DNA from: an uncultured Eggerthellaceae bacterium | GTDB taxonomy: Bacteria > Actinomycetota > Coriobacteriia > Coriobacteriales > Eggerthellaceae | Direction: 5' to 3' | Length of the DNA stretch: 27,787 bases | Assembly (NCBI GenBank): GCA_964402005.1 | Contig: CAYOBD010000002.1 | Location: 1 to 27,787, forward strand | In this document: positions 19,701-27,216 of the stretch, in pieces | Layout: every line of letters begins with the position of its first letter | How positions within the stretch are numbered: the first letter of the stretch is position 1 | Position numbers and translations under genes: made by a program | The notes under the pieces: generated by a model | What the model was told of the DNA's origin: nothing | Databases searched by the model: none | The model's input: only the letters and a program-made list of their open reading frames with translations

Positions 19701-22700
19701 TGATGACGGCGGCGGCGTCTACTCTGACGAAACACTGAGGATCATCGACGGAACGAGCGGTACAGGTACCTCCGAAGGTAGCACGCTGATTTCCGGGAAC
19801 ACCGCAGAACGAGGTGGCGGCGTCTTCGTCGGCGGGAACTCCGATCCCACTGGAATCAGGGGCAGCGTCATCGTGCAAGGCAACTCGGCAACCATCTTCG
19901 GCAATGACGTATTCCTGCGCGAGGGTAGGAAGCTCAAGCTCACGGGGCAGTTGGCCGACGATGCGAAGATTCATGTGGACATGGAGGACGGCGTCGGCGT
20001 ACTCACCGAGAACTACCGTCTTTTCAACGGCAGCGCCGATCCGCATCAATATTTCGCTGTGACAAGAGGCTACGACATGAACCTCAATGCAGACGGCGAA
20101 GTGGAGATCAGCTCCGAGTGGTCGACGCTGAAGCGCACTATCGAAAACGCGGCCGACGGTGCAACGATCACGCTTATCAGAGACTATGCCGCGAAGCCAT
20201 CCGATGACAGGATCAAGATTCCTCAGGGTAAAAGCATCACAATCAACCTGGCAGGCCACACCCTGAATCGCAACCGTATGGAGTCGGACAAAGATGGCCA
20301 CGTCTTCGAGGTTTTCGGGACGCTTACCCTGCAGGACACAGACGAGCAAGGGAACAACCTGGGAACTGGCACCGTCAAGGGCGGTTGGGCGATACACGGC
20401 GGCGGCATCAACGTCAACGAAACGGGTACGCTGAACCTGGAGGGCGGCATCATCGAAGGCAACCAGGCAACCGACGACGGTGGCGGCATCTACGTGTACG
20501 GCACCCTCAACATGGCAGGCGGCATCGTCAGGGCCAACGCAGCGGAAGAGAACGGCGGTGGCATCGGCCTGGAAACGGATGGCACGCTGAACCTCGAAGC
20601 CGGTACGATCACCGGCAACAAGGCCGATGAGCGCGGCGGCGGCATCATGGCGAACGAGGGCTCGGCGATCAACGTAAAAGGCGGACCCGTCGTGCAGAAC
20701 AACAAAGCAACGCTCGGCGGCCCTGATATCTATCTGCCTTCCCAAGGCAGGCTGAAGGTAACGGGCGATTTTGCCGAAGGTGCGAGTATCGGCGTTTCCA
20801 TAAAAGAGGGATGGGGCACGTTCACAAGCGGGTATAGCGACGACAGCAAAAACAAGGACAAAAGCCCTGTACTGTATTTCACGTCGCCCGAGGGGTACTC
20901 GGTTTACGAGCTCAACGGCGAGGCCGCATTGGGGTTGGACAACTTCGGGGAAACGGAGTACGAAAGCCCGTTCGTCAGCTGGAATGATCAGTTGAACTTC
21001 AATACAACGACACTGACCGGTCTAAATTGGATGTCCGGCATTTCCGGCGAGCGCTATCTCAACGAGATCAACATGCCCGGATCCCATGATTCCGGAATGA
21101 ACAACGTGAAATACTATTGGGTTGACGGCACGGCATTCGTGGCCTTCCTTTTCCCTTACATAGGTGCTGAATTCGCCAAGACGCAGCAAGACTACATCTA
21201 TCAGCAGCTCGACCAGGGTGCGCGCCAGTTCGATATCCGCCTGAATGATAACTACAAAACAAAGCAAGGCGGGGGTTACAAATGGAAAGACGACGGTCGC
21301 AACCTTTGGGTTTGCCATGGCGCGGAGGGTGCGGCAGGTACCTATTACGCTATGAATAGCGATGACGATCTACTGAGTTTCGTCCAGGTGCTCAACTGGA
21401 TGAAGGATTTCCTGAAGATGCATCCAACGGAAACGATTGTCCTCAACATAAGGCCGGAGACGACTTTGTCGGGCCATAGCGGCCCCATTTACCGGCGCGC
21501 TCGAAAAACGCTGGAAGCCCTTCTGCTCCAGGATAATCCCTCGACTGGAGAACCCTATCTCTACAAAGAGGCTGGCTCCGACTCTTACTTCGCTGCGTAC
21601 ACGCACATGCCGCAGCTCAAGGATTGCCGCGGGACGATCGTGATTCTCCCGGGCGATGAAGAAGGCCTCAGCATCTGCGGCGGTTTCAGGGGAACCTCGT
21701 TCGACGGCATTGCTTATACGGACCCGACGCATTACGCGGACAGTGAAGAGGCGATGGTAGAAAACGTAAACAAGTCGTATGTGGAAATGGGAGGCAACCA
21801 GAAATGGCTTCCCACCGATGCGGACGAAAACTACGACTGCCTTTGGTACTGGGAGCTGAATTGCACCGAGAAGGACAAATACGATAAGAGCGGTTGGTTT
21901 GCGGATCTCATTAAATACAATTCCTGGATGGCGAATATTGTCCATTATACCGCTGGAGATAATCCGGTCGAAGTCGCGCAATATGTGAACAAGCGGTTGG
22001 TCGGCGAGGGAAACATCTTCGGTCCGATGAACACGGGGCACTACATCGGCTGGGTCAGGATGGATGACTTCAATGCCGAGCATGCGGAGGCAATTTGGAG
22101 GACTAACTTCTTCGAAGGCTTGCAATACTGCACCATTACCGTGAAGTCGGGGCTCGATGACGACGCGAAATACCCCCCGCAAACCTACAAGGTGCTGAAG
22201 GGGACGGATCTCGAGATTCCCGGAAACATCTACAGGCATCTGGAGGGCAGGTATCTCGGCAGTTGGAAAGCGAAAGGGGCGACCGCAGAAGAGCGGACCT
22301 GCAAACCAGGCGAGGCGTTCACGGTCGACGAGGACGTCACTTTCACGGCCCAATGGCTGCAACCAGGCGAAATTCCCGTTAGGATCGTATGGATGGATGG
22401 CGACAACGCCGACAGTCTGAGAGCGGACAGCGTGGAGCTGCTCGTCTCCGAAGGGGAGCCCGATCGGATAACGCTATCGAAGCAGCAGGGTTGGACCGGC
22501 GTCGTGAAAGGCACCCTTGAGAGCGTGGTGGTTGTTCCGAGTTGGTCTTGCATTAAACCGACCGAGAATGATCCATTCGGACGGGACGCCATCGGGCAGT
22601 ACCGCTACGAGGTGAGCTCCGATAGCACCAATGGGGTCATCCTTACATTCGTCCATACGCCGTCAACCAAGATTACGATTGCGGGAACGATCTTCTGGGA

Positions 22701-25700
22701 CGACGACAACGATGCCGATGGATTGCGTCCTAACTCGGTGACGGTCCATCTGCGGAAGAAGGGCAGCGATGTCGATCTTGCACCCGCTGCAACGGTCGCT
22801 CCGGACGCGAATGGCAGCTGGCAATACAGCTTCGGCGAGTATGACCTGTATGCTGCAGGCGAGAAAATCGAATACGAGATTGTCGAGAATGACATTACCG
22901 GATATAGCACGATTGTCGATGGCTTCGCCGTTACCAACACCCATGCATCAAGCAGGCAGGACGAAACCGAAGCGTTCGGCTTGGTGGAATGGGACGATGC
23001 CAAGAACGTGAACGGCGATCGCCCGGAGAAGGTCGCAGTGCATCTGTATGCGAATGGCGTAGAGGTCGAGAAAGTCAGTCCCCAGGAGGTTACCGAAGGG
23101 GAAAGCGGGCTGTGGCCGTTCAGCTTCGGCAAGGTCCCCATCAGCGATTCTGAGGGGCAGCCGATCGTCTATACCCTCACCGTAGATGTCGATGAAAAAT
23201 ATGAGCCCAGCGTGATGAAATTCGACACCTGCGCATTCCTCGTTACAAATACGCTCGTGGTTCCCGATGGGAAAAAGGAGGATGTGACAAACGTAGAAGC
23301 GCCGATCATCAACGAGCTGGTTTACACGGGCGAGCCGCAGATGCTGATCGATGAAGGCTCTTGCTCCGGCGGAACTATGATGTATGCCCTGGGCGAGAAT
23401 GCCACGGAAGCTCCCTCGGACGACGCATTCGGCGTAACGCCGCCCACCGGAACGAACGCCGGCACCTACTATGTATGGTATTACGCGAAAGGCGATGCAT
23501 ACCACAGGAACACCGCCAAGGTGTGCGTGGAGGATCCGAACCCGGATGTGGACGGGTATCCGACGATCGCGCCGCGTCCGGTGACTTTCGCGGGGCAATC
23601 TGCCACCGAGTACTACACAGGCTCCGAACACGAGATCGCAGGCGTTTCGGTTTTGGGAGGCGGGCTCGTTTCCGGCCATACGCACAACGTGACCTACTCG
23701 GCAAAAGGAACCGAAGTTGGTGAGTATCCCGGCAATATCACGGCGGCGGCCGACGTGGTCATCATGGCGGGCGATGCCGTCGTCACCGACAACTACGATA
23801 TCACGGTCGAAAACGGTGCATTGGCTATCGAGAAGGACCCATCACTGGTGCTTGCAGTGTCGCTTGAAGACGCGACGTTCACATATGACGGCGAGCCGCA
23901 CGCGCTGTCCGCAGCGACGGCGGATGCGCTGAGCGGTGTGACGAAGATCGAGTACAGCAAGGACGGCGAAACCTGGACGACCGAGCTTGCGAGCCTGACT
24001 GCTACAGACGTGGTTGACGGCTGCACGATCAAGGTGCGTGCTTCCAACCCGAACTATACCAATGAAGCCACGGACAGCGCGACGCTCACCATCTCGAAGC
24101 GCAATGTGACGTTGACGAGTGAAAGCGGCACGAAGATCTACGACGGCACGCCGCTCGCAAAGCCCGAGGTGACCGTTGCAGGCGATGGTTTCGTGGACGG
24201 CGAGGTAACTGGCCTTGAGGCGACCGGCTTTGTGACGAACGTCCCCGATGGGGAGGTAACGAACACGATTGTTTTCACCGAGGGCGAGGCTTACAAGGCG
24301 GGTAACTACGAAATCAGCAAGGACGAAGGCAAGCTGTCTATAGAACAGCGCCCGGTAACCTTCAGGGGCAGGTCCGAGACCAAGGACATCACGGGATTAG
24401 AGATCGAGATATCGACCGTGATAGTGGAGGGCCTGGTCGAGGGCCATACGCACAACGTGACCTACTCGGCGAAGGGAACCGATGTGGGCGAGTATTCCGG
24501 CAATATCACGGCGAAGGCCGACGTGGCCATCACGGCGGGCGGTGCCGTTGTCACCGACAACTACGATATCACGATCGAAAACGGCAAGCTCACCATCCAG
24601 GAGAGGGGCGATACGCTTACGGTGTATTTCGACGGGAAGTCCTTCACGTACGATGGCAAGCCGCATGCGCTGCCCGTCGAAGCTACAACCAACGCTCCGA
24701 AGAATACGACCACGTTCAAGTACTCGCTGGACGGTGAGTACTGGACGGAAGACCTTTCTAGCCTGACTGCTACAGACGCCGGCACCTACCCGGTTCAGGT
24801 GCGTGCGACCAGCACGGATTATCCCGGCAAGCTCGGCGAGGGCAGCGCTACGCTGATCATCAGTCCGAAGGTTGCGACCGTTACGGCCCAAAGCAAGGCT
24901 TTCACCTACAACGGCACAGCTCAGAGTTGGGGCGAATACGACGTCGAGGGCCTTGTGGGCGATGATGAAATCAGCGCGGTCGTGACCGGCTCTGTCACCT
25001 TCCCGAGCGAAGGCACGGTGTCCAACACGATTTCGAGCTATAAGTTCACCGTCGGCAAGCCCGGCAACTACGAGGTGACTACATCCGACGGCGAGCTTAC
25101 GATGGCCAACGCCTCGGTTCCCATCACCATCACGGCTGCGAGTGCCTCCAAGACTTACGACGGCACGGCGCTGACCGCCCCGGCTGTTATCAAGGTTACC
25201 GGGGAGCTGTTCGCGGGCGATACGCTCGTGGCGAGCGCCAACGGCTCCGCAACAGATGTCGCCGACACCGTCTCCGGCAATAACCCGGTCGCGGAGGGCT
25301 ATAAGGTCATGCACGGCGAGCAGGATGTGACTGCGAGCTACGATATCACCCCGATAGCCGGAACGCTGGCTATAACCAAGCGCCCGGTGACTTTCGCGGG
25401 CAGATCCGAGACCAAGGACTACACGGGGTTCGAGATCGAGATTTCGACCGTGGCGGTGGACGGCCTGGTCGAGGGGCACACGCACAACGTGGTGTTCTCG
25501 GCGAAGGGCACCGATGTCGGCGGCCCGTATGCGGGTGCCATAACGTCTGCGAATAAGGTGGCTATCAAGAGCGGCGAGGCTGATGTCACTGCGAATTACG
25601 ACGTCAAGGTGGAAAACGGCGCTTTGACCATCCAAATTGCGAGCGGCGAGCTTACGGTGTTGCTCGATGGGAAGGAATACACATACGATGGCAGGCGTCA

Positions 25701-27216
25701 TGCTCTTCCGCTGGATGCGTCCACCAACGCGTCGAGCGGTGAGACCACGATTCTGTACAGCAAGGATGGCGAGAACTGGACGGAGGACCTCTCAAGCCTG
25801 GTTGCCACCGACGTGGAAGATAGTTGCGCGATCCAAGTGCAAGCGACTAACTCAAACTACACCAATACAGCGACGGCCAGCGCCCCGCTGACTGTCAAGG
25901 AGAGGACCGTGACGATTACAGCGGAGTCCGAGGAGTTCACCTACGATGGCGCTGCGCACTCAAACGGCGGTTTCGTCGTCAACGGCCTCGTGGGCGAAGA
26001 TGAGGTCACCGACGTCGTGGTCGAGGGCTCTGTCACCTTCCCAAGCGATGGTTCGGTGCCCAACAGGGTTTCGAGCTACAAACTTTTGAGCGGCAAGCCT
26101 GGAAACTACACGATTGAAACGGTCGACGGCGGGCTTACGGTGAAGAACGCCTCGGTTCCCATCACCATCACGGCTGCGAGCGCCTCCAAGGTCTACGACG
26201 GCACGGCGCTGACCAACCCGGCCGTCACGGTGACTTCCGGCGAGCTGATCGCTGGCGACGCCTTCGAGGGCGCGGCCGATGGCTCTGCGGTGAATGTCGC
26301 CGATACCGCCGAGGGCAACAACCCCGTTGCCAGCTATAGGATCACGCACGGCGGTGTGGACGTCACTGCGAGCTACGTTATCACGATCGAGGATGGCGTG
26401 CTGGCTATCGAGCCCGCGAAGGTCACTATCAAGGCGGATAGCGCCTCCAAGGTGGCGGGCGAGGACGACCCGGCTTTCATCGGCACGGTCGAGGGGCTCG
26501 TGGCCGAGGGTGATCTGGGCACGGTGTCTTACAAGCGGACGAACTCCGACGAGGCGCCCGGCACCTACAAGGGCGTAATCACGGCTGAGTACACGGCTAA
26601 CGGGAACTACGATGTGACCGTCGTTGCGGGGGATTTCACGATTAGCGAGGAGCCCGTCGAGAGGGGCGTTTACAGAGTGACGTCGGGTGCAGACGGCACC
26701 TGGACGAGGGGCTCGGGCGAGGCGCTCGATCTAAAGGTCGAGCGCACGGTCGACCCAGAGACGGCATTCGCGCACTTCGTCGGCATCGAGGTGGACGGCG
26801 AGGCCGTCCCGCAGAAGGGCGCTTCTGGCGAGGCGAATTGGACGGCCGAGAGCGGCAGCGTGATTCTCGAGATCCAGCCTGCCTACCTCGAGACGTTGGC
26901 GGACGGCGAGCACACCGTTGCCGCCCTCTTCGACGACGGTGATCCCGCCACGGCGAAGTTCGCCGTGGCCGCAAAAGCCGCGCCTGCGCCGGACCCGGAC
27001 GACGGGGGCAATGGCAGCGGCGGCAACGGCAGCAATGGCGGCGCTTCGTCGGGCTCCGACAAGACCACGACGGCCAAGGCAAGCGCCTACGCACAGAGCG
27101 CATCCGCCAAGACCGGCGACTCGATCGGGATGGCGGTCTTGGCGCTCGGCTTTGTCGCTCTGACGGCCCTCTGCCTGGCACTGGTCGCCCTCCGTCGCCG
27201 CAGGAACGTGAAATAA
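13705..27216 (+). CDS. Giant (4503 aa) cell-wall-anchored surface protein: signal peptide, 5 beta-helix cassettes, PI-PLC domain, InlB-B/CnaB/MBG stalk, X2-like domain, sortase signal
   Basis: A single uninterrupted ORF with an N-terminal signal peptide and a C-terminal SAKTG + hydrophobic helix + RRRRNVK. Domain evidence is given in the sub-features. Confidence 0.93.
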   Translation: MKLTMVRRVLAFVVSASMVFGLTPAYAYADTSAAEPEVQEEPAASAEPAALAAPAASATDALDVPNAFIPQSGAMLTVGTPSTAQAIVVSDWETLQEEVTNASADQEFKLGGNVVNYGKDKGRIKVTKSITIDLAGHKLDRDLAESSVRDGGHVIEVYSGATLTVKDSVGGGTITGGHGYWGGGIYVNEGATFKLESGTITGNTANTLGGGIYVGGTLIMSGGSVYKNTCTGDEDSHGGGGVYVDGSMTMSGGAISNNTSYGDGGGVYVYKNASMTMSGGAISNNETSSDGGGLRVSGTLTTTGGTISSNTGDKTGGGIYVSDDGRINLDGTTISGNISNGTGGGLNVHLKDDTSVIKNCSITGNSSKDFGGGLRLDPASNSRKLTVENTRIDNNRTTAYNDGGGIYVSYGSLTMTGGTISGNTAYGGGGGVKVKDGTTFTANGVTISNNTASREEGGGIKNFGTTSLANCTISGNTAKFQGGGIYNDDDGNGNGAGLLTLTSCTITGNQSTSSNGGGVYSNETLRVHGGSDSASAVRISGNTASTGGGIFLGSDSDDTSIWGLIVVENNIASTGKDIYLRPERKLAMSRFAGQLVEGSHIGVTMYEGLGTFTTGYSSKNSADPSTYFFSPDGYEIAFTDNKQEAQIVTQWKALQINIDAEPANGTVSLTHDYTRLSSDIRLQIKKNVTIDLAGFTLNRNLSSLKDNGHVIEVLNGAALTITDSSASDGNLGTGKITGGYAGWGGGVYVAEGAAFNFESGTITSNTANTLGGGIYVGGTLTMSGGSVYKNDCKGDNSGHGGGGIYIDGSMAMSGGSISGNTVEGHGGGIFVYSNASLTMTGGTISSNETTSGAGGGIFVKSNGWIKLSNAIITNNTADDEGGGIYVHLRSNSSIDNCKITSNHAGDAGGGLYMDESGRKLTITDTQIDNNVSGEGGGGLCLHNGTIEMSVSEGQSGSISHNKAPEGGGATIASQTSFTATGITVEDNEAETGQGGGIKNFGITKLSGCTTRLNHAHEQGGGIFNDNNPNNSKSEGTLILENSVISGNNSDDDGGGIYTDKVLKINGGTTSENSVYIFNNTAIRGGGVFVGLDSDTTEIKGDIVVKDNSAVAEAPDVYVREDQVLTVTGALSESARIGITMEDDIGTFTSGYKAKNGTNPPDKYFFSPDGLDVGYDFLHTEAQLKSTWRTLQADIDATARGGVLTLPHDYTATSVDDRLQIKKDITIDLAGFTLNRNLSDKKEDGHVFEVFNGATLTIIDSSDTGTGTITGGYSAYGGGIYVNKGATLKFEGGTITGNKAGTDGGGIYVSGTLVMTGGAVSYNYADDEGGGIYLEAQANSTIKDCTIDHDESDKAGGGIYMDAKGKKLTISGASITDNKAGKKGGGICLHWGTIEMNGGTLSNNTASGAGGGIAVTSGTVFTATGVTINDNTAGDEGGGVNNVGTATLKNCDIMGNRAKEQGGGIFNDNDGDSLGDMTLESCTISNNTSGDDGGGVYSDKMLKIVGGTIGKTTRNGVEIPGNTADDKGGGIFIGKEADSTEIKGAILVEGNTAPTANDLYLRKSQKLTIAGAITGTRIGYIDMQDPGDFTVNYRNRHSEAPNTFFGTGDGAIPVVWSESRTEARIHSSWPALQELINQAAENGRPVVLSQSYTACSTDKVLKIPAGKSVTINLNGYTLDRNLSSHEEDGHVIEVLEGSSIAKTTLTIQDNPTDNHGPGPGTITGGFSGRGGGIYIHDNAILNLEGGAIVGNGSKKDGGGILVRSEGTLNMSGGTVSDNRAGTDGGGICVEGSMNSTGGTVSGNTADDTGGGIYVSSSGKIDLDGTTISGNTADDTGGGLNVHLNDDESIIKNCWITDNRSDDFGGGLRLDASGRTLTIRDTHIDGNTASDNDGGGIYVRYGTLHVIGGTISGNIASDGGGGVKVKDGATFTASGVTISDNTASGAEGGGVKSFGTASLANCTITGNTAHKQGGGVYNDNESGGKGELTLTNCTITGNRSDDDGGGVYSDETLRIIDGTSGTGTSEGSTLISGNTAERGGGVFVGGNSDPTGIRGSVIVQGNSATIFGNDVFLREGRKLKLTGQLADDAKIHVDMEDGVGVLTENYRLFNGSADPHQYFAVTRGYDMNLNADGEVEISSEWSTLKRTIENAADGATITLIRDYAAKPSDDRIKIPQGKSITINLAGHTLNRNRMESDKDGHVFEVFGTLTLQDTDEQGNNLGTGTVKGGWAIHGGGINVNETGTLNLEGGIIEGNQATDDGGGIYVYGTLNMAGGIVRANAAEENGGGIGLETDGTLNLEAGTITGNKADERGGGIMANEGSAINVKGGPVVQNNKATLGGPDIYLPSQGRLKVTGDFAEGASIGVSIKEGWGTFTSGYSDDSKNKDKSPVLYFTSPEGYSVYELNGEAALGLDNFGETEYESPFVSWNDQLNFNTTTLTGLNWMSGISGERYLNEINMPGSHDSGMNNVKYYWVDGTAFVAFLFPYIGAEFAKTQQDYIYQQLDQGARQFDIRLNDNYKTKQGGGYKWKDDGRNLWVCHGAEGAAGTYYAMNSDDDLLSFVQVLNWMKDFLKMHPTETIVLNIRPETTLSGHSGPIYRRARKTLEALLLQDNPSTGEPYLYKEAGSDSYFAAYTHMPQLKDCRGTIVILPGDEEGLSICGGFRGTSFDGIAYTDPTHYADSEEAMVENVNKSYVEMGGNQKWLPTDADENYDCLWYWELNCTEKDKYDKSGWFADLIKYNSWMANIVHYTAGDNPVEVAQYVNKRLVGEGNIFGPMNTGHYIGWVRMDDFNAEHAEAIWRTNFFEGLQYCTITVKSGLDDDAKYPPQTYKVLKGTDLEIPGNIYRHLEGRYLGSWKAKGATAEERTCKPGEAFTVDEDVTFTAQWLQPGEIPVRIVWMDGDNADSLRADSVELLVSEGEPDRITLSKQQGWTGVVKGTLESVVVVPSWSCIKPTENDPFGRDAIGQYRYEVSSDSTNGVILTFVHTPSTKITIAGTIFWDDDNDADGLRPNSVTVHLRKKGSDVDLAPAATVAPDANGSWQYSFGEYDLYAAGEKIEYEIVENDITGYSTIVDGFAVTNTHASSRQDETEAFGLVEWDDAKNVNGDRPEKVAVHLYANGVEVEKVSPQEVTEGESGLWPFSFGKVPISDSEGQPIVYTLTVDVDEKYEPSVMKFDTCAFLVTNTLVVPDGKKEDVTNVEAPIINELVYTGEPQMLIDEGSCSGGTMMYALGENATEAPSDDAFGVTPPTGTNAGTYYVWYYAKGDAYHRNTAKVCVEDPNPDVDGYPTIAPRPVTFAGQSATEYYTGSEHEIAGVSVLGGGLVSGHTHNVTYSAKGTEVGEYPGNITAAADVVIMAGDAVVTDNYDITVENGALAIEKDPSLVLAVSLEDATFTYDGEPHALSAATADALSGVTKIEYSKDGETWTTELASLTATDVVDGCTIKVRASNPNYTNEATDSATLTISKRNVTLTSESGTKIYDGTPLAKPEVTVAGDGFVDGEVTGLEATGFVTNVPDGEVTNTIVFTEGEAYKAGNYEISKDEGKLSIEQRPVTFRGRSETKDITGLEIEISTVIVEGLVEGHTHNVTYSAKGTDVGEYSGNITAKADVAITAGGAVVTDNYDITIENGKLTIQERGDTLTVYFDGKSFTYDGKPHALPVEATTNAPKNTTTFKYSLDGEYWTEDLSSLTATDAGTYPVQVRATSTDYPGKLGEGSATLIISPKVATVTAQSKAFTYNGTAQSWGEYDVEGLVGDDEISAVVTGSVTFPSEGTVSNTISSYKFTVGKPGNYEVTTSDGELTMANASVPITITAASASKTYDGTALTAPAVIKVTGELFAGDTLVASANGSATDVADTVSGNNPVAEGYKVMHGEQDVTASYDITPIAGTLAITKRPVTFAGRSETKDYTGFEIEISTVAVDGLVEGHTHNVVFSAKGTDVGGPYAGAITSANKVAIKSGEADVTANYDVKVENGALTIQIASGELTVLLDGKEYTYDGRRHALPLDASTNASSGETTILYSKDGENWTEDLSSLVATDVEDSCAIQVQATNSNYTNTATASAPLTVKERTVTITAESEEFTYDGAAHSNGGFVVNGLVGEDEVTDVVVEGSVTFPSDGSVPNRVSSYKLLSGKPGNYTIETVDGGLTVKNASVPITITAASASKVYDGTALTNPAVTVTSGELIAGDAFEGAADGSAVNVADTAEGNNPVASYRITHGGVDVTASYVITIEDGVLAIEPAKVTIKADSASKVAGEDDPAFIGTVEGLVAEGDLGTVSYKRTNSDEAPGTYKGVITAEYTANGNYDVTVVAGDFTISEEPVERGVYRVTSGADGTWTRGSGEALDLKVERTVDPETAFAHFVGIEVDGEAVPQKGASGEANWTAESGSVILEIQPAYLETLADGEHTVAALFDDGDPATAKFAVAAKAAPAPDPDDGGNGSGGNGSNGGASSGSDKTTTAKASAYAQSASAKTGDSIGMAVLALGFVALTALCLALVALRRRRNVK
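13978..20935 (+). repeat. Five tandem right-handed parallel beta-helix cassettes (GGG(I/V)Y...I(S/T)(G/N)N turns, POMP/pectin-lyase-like), starting at 13978, 15655, 17263, 18586 and 20119
   Basis: Each cassette opens with W-x-x-L-(Q/K)...I(T)IDLAG(F/H)TL(N/D)R...DGHV(I/F)EV and closes with an IG(V/I)(T/S)M...GTFT.GY...P..YF.SP(D/E)G-type cap. Dozens of GGGIY/N turns lie between. Confidence 0.85.
21025..22110 (+). other. Bacterial phosphatidylinositol-specific phospholipase C (PI-PLC X-box) domain inside the giant protein
   Basis: NWMSGISGERYLNEINMPGSHDSG, TQQDYIYQQLDQGARQFDIRL, LWVCHG, FLKMHPTETIVL and C-terminal GWVRMDDF...IWRTN. These match the motif order of Bacillus/Listeria PI-PLC. Confidence 0.85.
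22126..22359 (+). other. InlB B-repeat / Listeria-Bacteroides repeat-like domain
   Basis: CTITVKSG...YKVLKGTDLEIP...YLGSW...PGEAFTVDEDVTFTAQW. Confidence 0.6.
22372..23256 (+). repeat. Three Cna B-type domains (22372-22662 degenerate, 22669-22944, 22963-23256)
   Basis: IFWDDDNDADGLRPNSVTVHL...W.YSF...Y.I.E...GY...VTNT and VEWDDAKNVNGDRPEKVAVHLYANG. The first copy reads IVWMDGDNADSLRADSV. Confidence 0.8.
23290..26643 (+). repeat. Stalk of about ten MBG-like Ig-fold repeats of several subtypes
   Basis: Recurrent YTG/YDG...P, K.YDGT.L and NY.IT...G.L.I motifs. The last unit, KVTIKADSASKVAGEDDPAF...NYDVTVVAGDFTI, is a typical MBG_2. Confidence 0.75.
26668..26967 (+). other. X2-like Ig/carbohydrate-binding-module-like domain preceding the wall anchor
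   Basis: F.GIEVDG...WTAESGSVILEIQPAYLETLADGEHTVAALFDDG.ATAKF. Confidence 0.55.
27103..27216 (+). other. Sortase sorting signal, non-canonical SAKTG
   Basis: SAKTGD - SIGMAVLALGFVALTALCLALVAL - RRRRNVK*, preceded by an APAPDP / Gly-Asn-Ser linker. Confidence 0.85.

Noticed and set aside
18400-20745. 781-aa antisense ORF, and similar ones at 14179-15234 and 24397-25701
   Set aside because: These are shadow frames of the high-GC, Gly-rich repetitive giant gene. They have no recognisable motifs, and the sense frame explains the sequence fully.
13705-27216. Reading the giant protein as an autotransporter or Chlamydia Pmp
   Set aside because: The GGG..N repeats are similar, but there is no C-terminal beta-barrel. 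It ends in a Gram-positive sorting signal.
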